Shown piece after piece: positions 62,962 to 64,000 of a stretch of DNA of 64,000 bases. The stretch spans positions 128,001 through 192,000 of the forward strand of contig JASKLF010000001.1 in NCBI GenBank assembly GCA_030153785.1, in the 5' to 3' direction. The notes under the pieces were generated by a model. It did not search any database. It saw only the letters and a program-made list of their open reading frames with translations, and was not told the origin of the DNA. Source of the DNA: a bacterium. Its GTDB lineage: Bacteria > Synergistota > GBS-1. How positions within the stretch are numbered: the first letter of the stretch is position 1; the number at the start of each line of letters is the position of its first letter. The position numbers were made by a program, and so were the translations under genes.

Positions 62962-64000
62962 GAAATTGCTTGCTTTCCTTATCTTCCTTATTTTCATCCT
63001 TTCTTTCGCAGGTCTCATAGCCTTTAGAGCCCATGAAAAAGCTCTAAAGCAAAAGGTATCCGCTCAAGAAGAAAAGGCCATCCCTGTTGAAGCCTTTAGA
63101 GTTTCATACACCAAAATGAAAAGTTCAATCACCATCACGGGAACGATTTCAGCCTATGAAGATGTAGATATCTTTCCAAGGGTAAGCGGAAGTAAGGTAA
63201 TAAAGATCTACAAGGAAGTGGGAGATTTCGTTAAAAGTGGAGAAGTCTTAGCTGATCTTGATACCGAAATGATAGATGTTCAGCTTAAGCAAGCTTATGC
63301 TTCTAAAGAGTCAGCGAAAGCGGCAATAAAGCAAGCAGAAATAAGGGTTGCAACATTGAGAAAAGACTACGAAAGAATAAAGAAACTATACGAAGAGGAG
63401 GTTGTCCCTAAACAGCAGCTCGACCAAATCGAAGGTGAGTATCTTATCGCCAGAGCGGGATTAGAAGCAGCAAAGAAAAAGCTTGAAGAAGTAGAAGCCT
63501 TGATAAAACAGCTTGAACTAACCAAAAGCTATCACCGCATCTTGGCACCTGTATCTGGTGTAGTATCGGAAAGAAAGATAGAAGTAGGGGAAATCGTAAG
63601 CGTCACTTCTCCCATATTCAGAATAAGTAAAATCTCAGAGCTTAAGGTAAAAGGTTCGGTGCCAGAAAACTATTTTTACGGGGTCAAAATTGGAATGAAG
63701 GCCGAGGTACTGGTAGATATCTACCCTGAAAAGCATTTCTTGGGAGAAGTTCGACTTCTTTCACCCACCGTAGACCCTAAAACGAGAACCGGGGAAATAG
63801 AAGTAAAGATAAACAATCAAGATTTGCTACTTAAACCTGGCATGTTCGCAAGAATAAAGTTAGATCTTCAAGAAAGAGAGGTCTTGTTTGTTCCACAACA
63901 GGCCTTAAGGAGATTCGAAGGAACGGGAAGATACTATGTATTTGTGGTAGATGAAAATAGAAGAGCAAGGATAAGGGAAATCACCATTGGAGATAGAAGC
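62951..64000 (+). CDS. RND efflux membrane-fusion protein (partial, runs off window)
   Basis: Manual translation: MRSKKLLAFLIFLIF...IFPRVSG..GDFVKSGEVLA...APVSGVV...VDPKTRT...LKPGMF. Not in the ORF track. Confidence 0.88.
   Translation, partial: MRSKKLLAFLIFLIFILSFAGLIAFRAHEKALKQKVSAQEEKAIPVEAFRVSYTKMKSSITITGTISAYEDVDIFPRVSGSKVIKIYKEVGDFVKSGEVLADLDTEMIDVQLKQAYASKESAKAAIKQAEIRVATLRKDYERIKKLYEEEVVPKQQLDQIEGEYLIARAGLEAAKKKLEEVEALIKQLELTKSYHRILAPVSGVVSERKIEVGEIVSVTSPIFRISKISELKVKGSVPENYFYGVKIGMKAEVLVDIYPEKHFLGEVRLLSPTVDPKTRTGEIEVKINNQDLLLKPGMFARIKLDLQEREVLFVPQQALRRFEGTGRYYVFVVDENRRARIREITIGDRS

Overview
Gene-dense bacterial chromosome segment made mostly of housekeeping genes, with many overlapping start/stop codons. 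Lys/Glu-rich proteins, TolC, glutamate-fermentation enzymes and a repeat-domain secreted protein suggest a thermophilic, anaerobic, probably diderm amino-acid fermenter, possibly Synergistota-like (inference). Contents: ctpA (partial), a TagO-like/TagA fusion, ribD-E-BA-H-serS, an HDOD/histidine kinase/double-receiver cluster (HDOD frameshifted in an A-run), phoU, tRNA-Leu(CAA), paaK, panC, a mixed operon (hypothetical-dcd-PseG-like-two HD-GYP-flavoprotein) behind tRNA-Ala(GGC), two convergent glycerol operons, nth, a disrupted secreted-protein gene, korDABC-gdh, a Gld-like ABC system, a beta-decarboxylating dehydrogenase, rpmB, topA, larA, argS, secA, a serine-synthesis trio, hpf, split lysO, and tetR-tolC-MFP (partial). 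I saw no CRISPR array, integrase, transposase or prophage. Best hidden signals: (1) an unannotated Phe/Tyr-rich leader peptide with a promoter, antiterminator and terminator upstream of paaK, i.e. a probable aromatic amino-acid attenuator on an aryl-acid CoA ligase; (2) a leader/terminator motif shared by both glycerol operons that probably forms a GlpP regulon, including a Thermococcales-like glpK/G3P-dehydrogenase cassette; (3) a Dcd tightly coupled to an uncharacterised partner. All calls come from reading motifs by eye; no searches were run.
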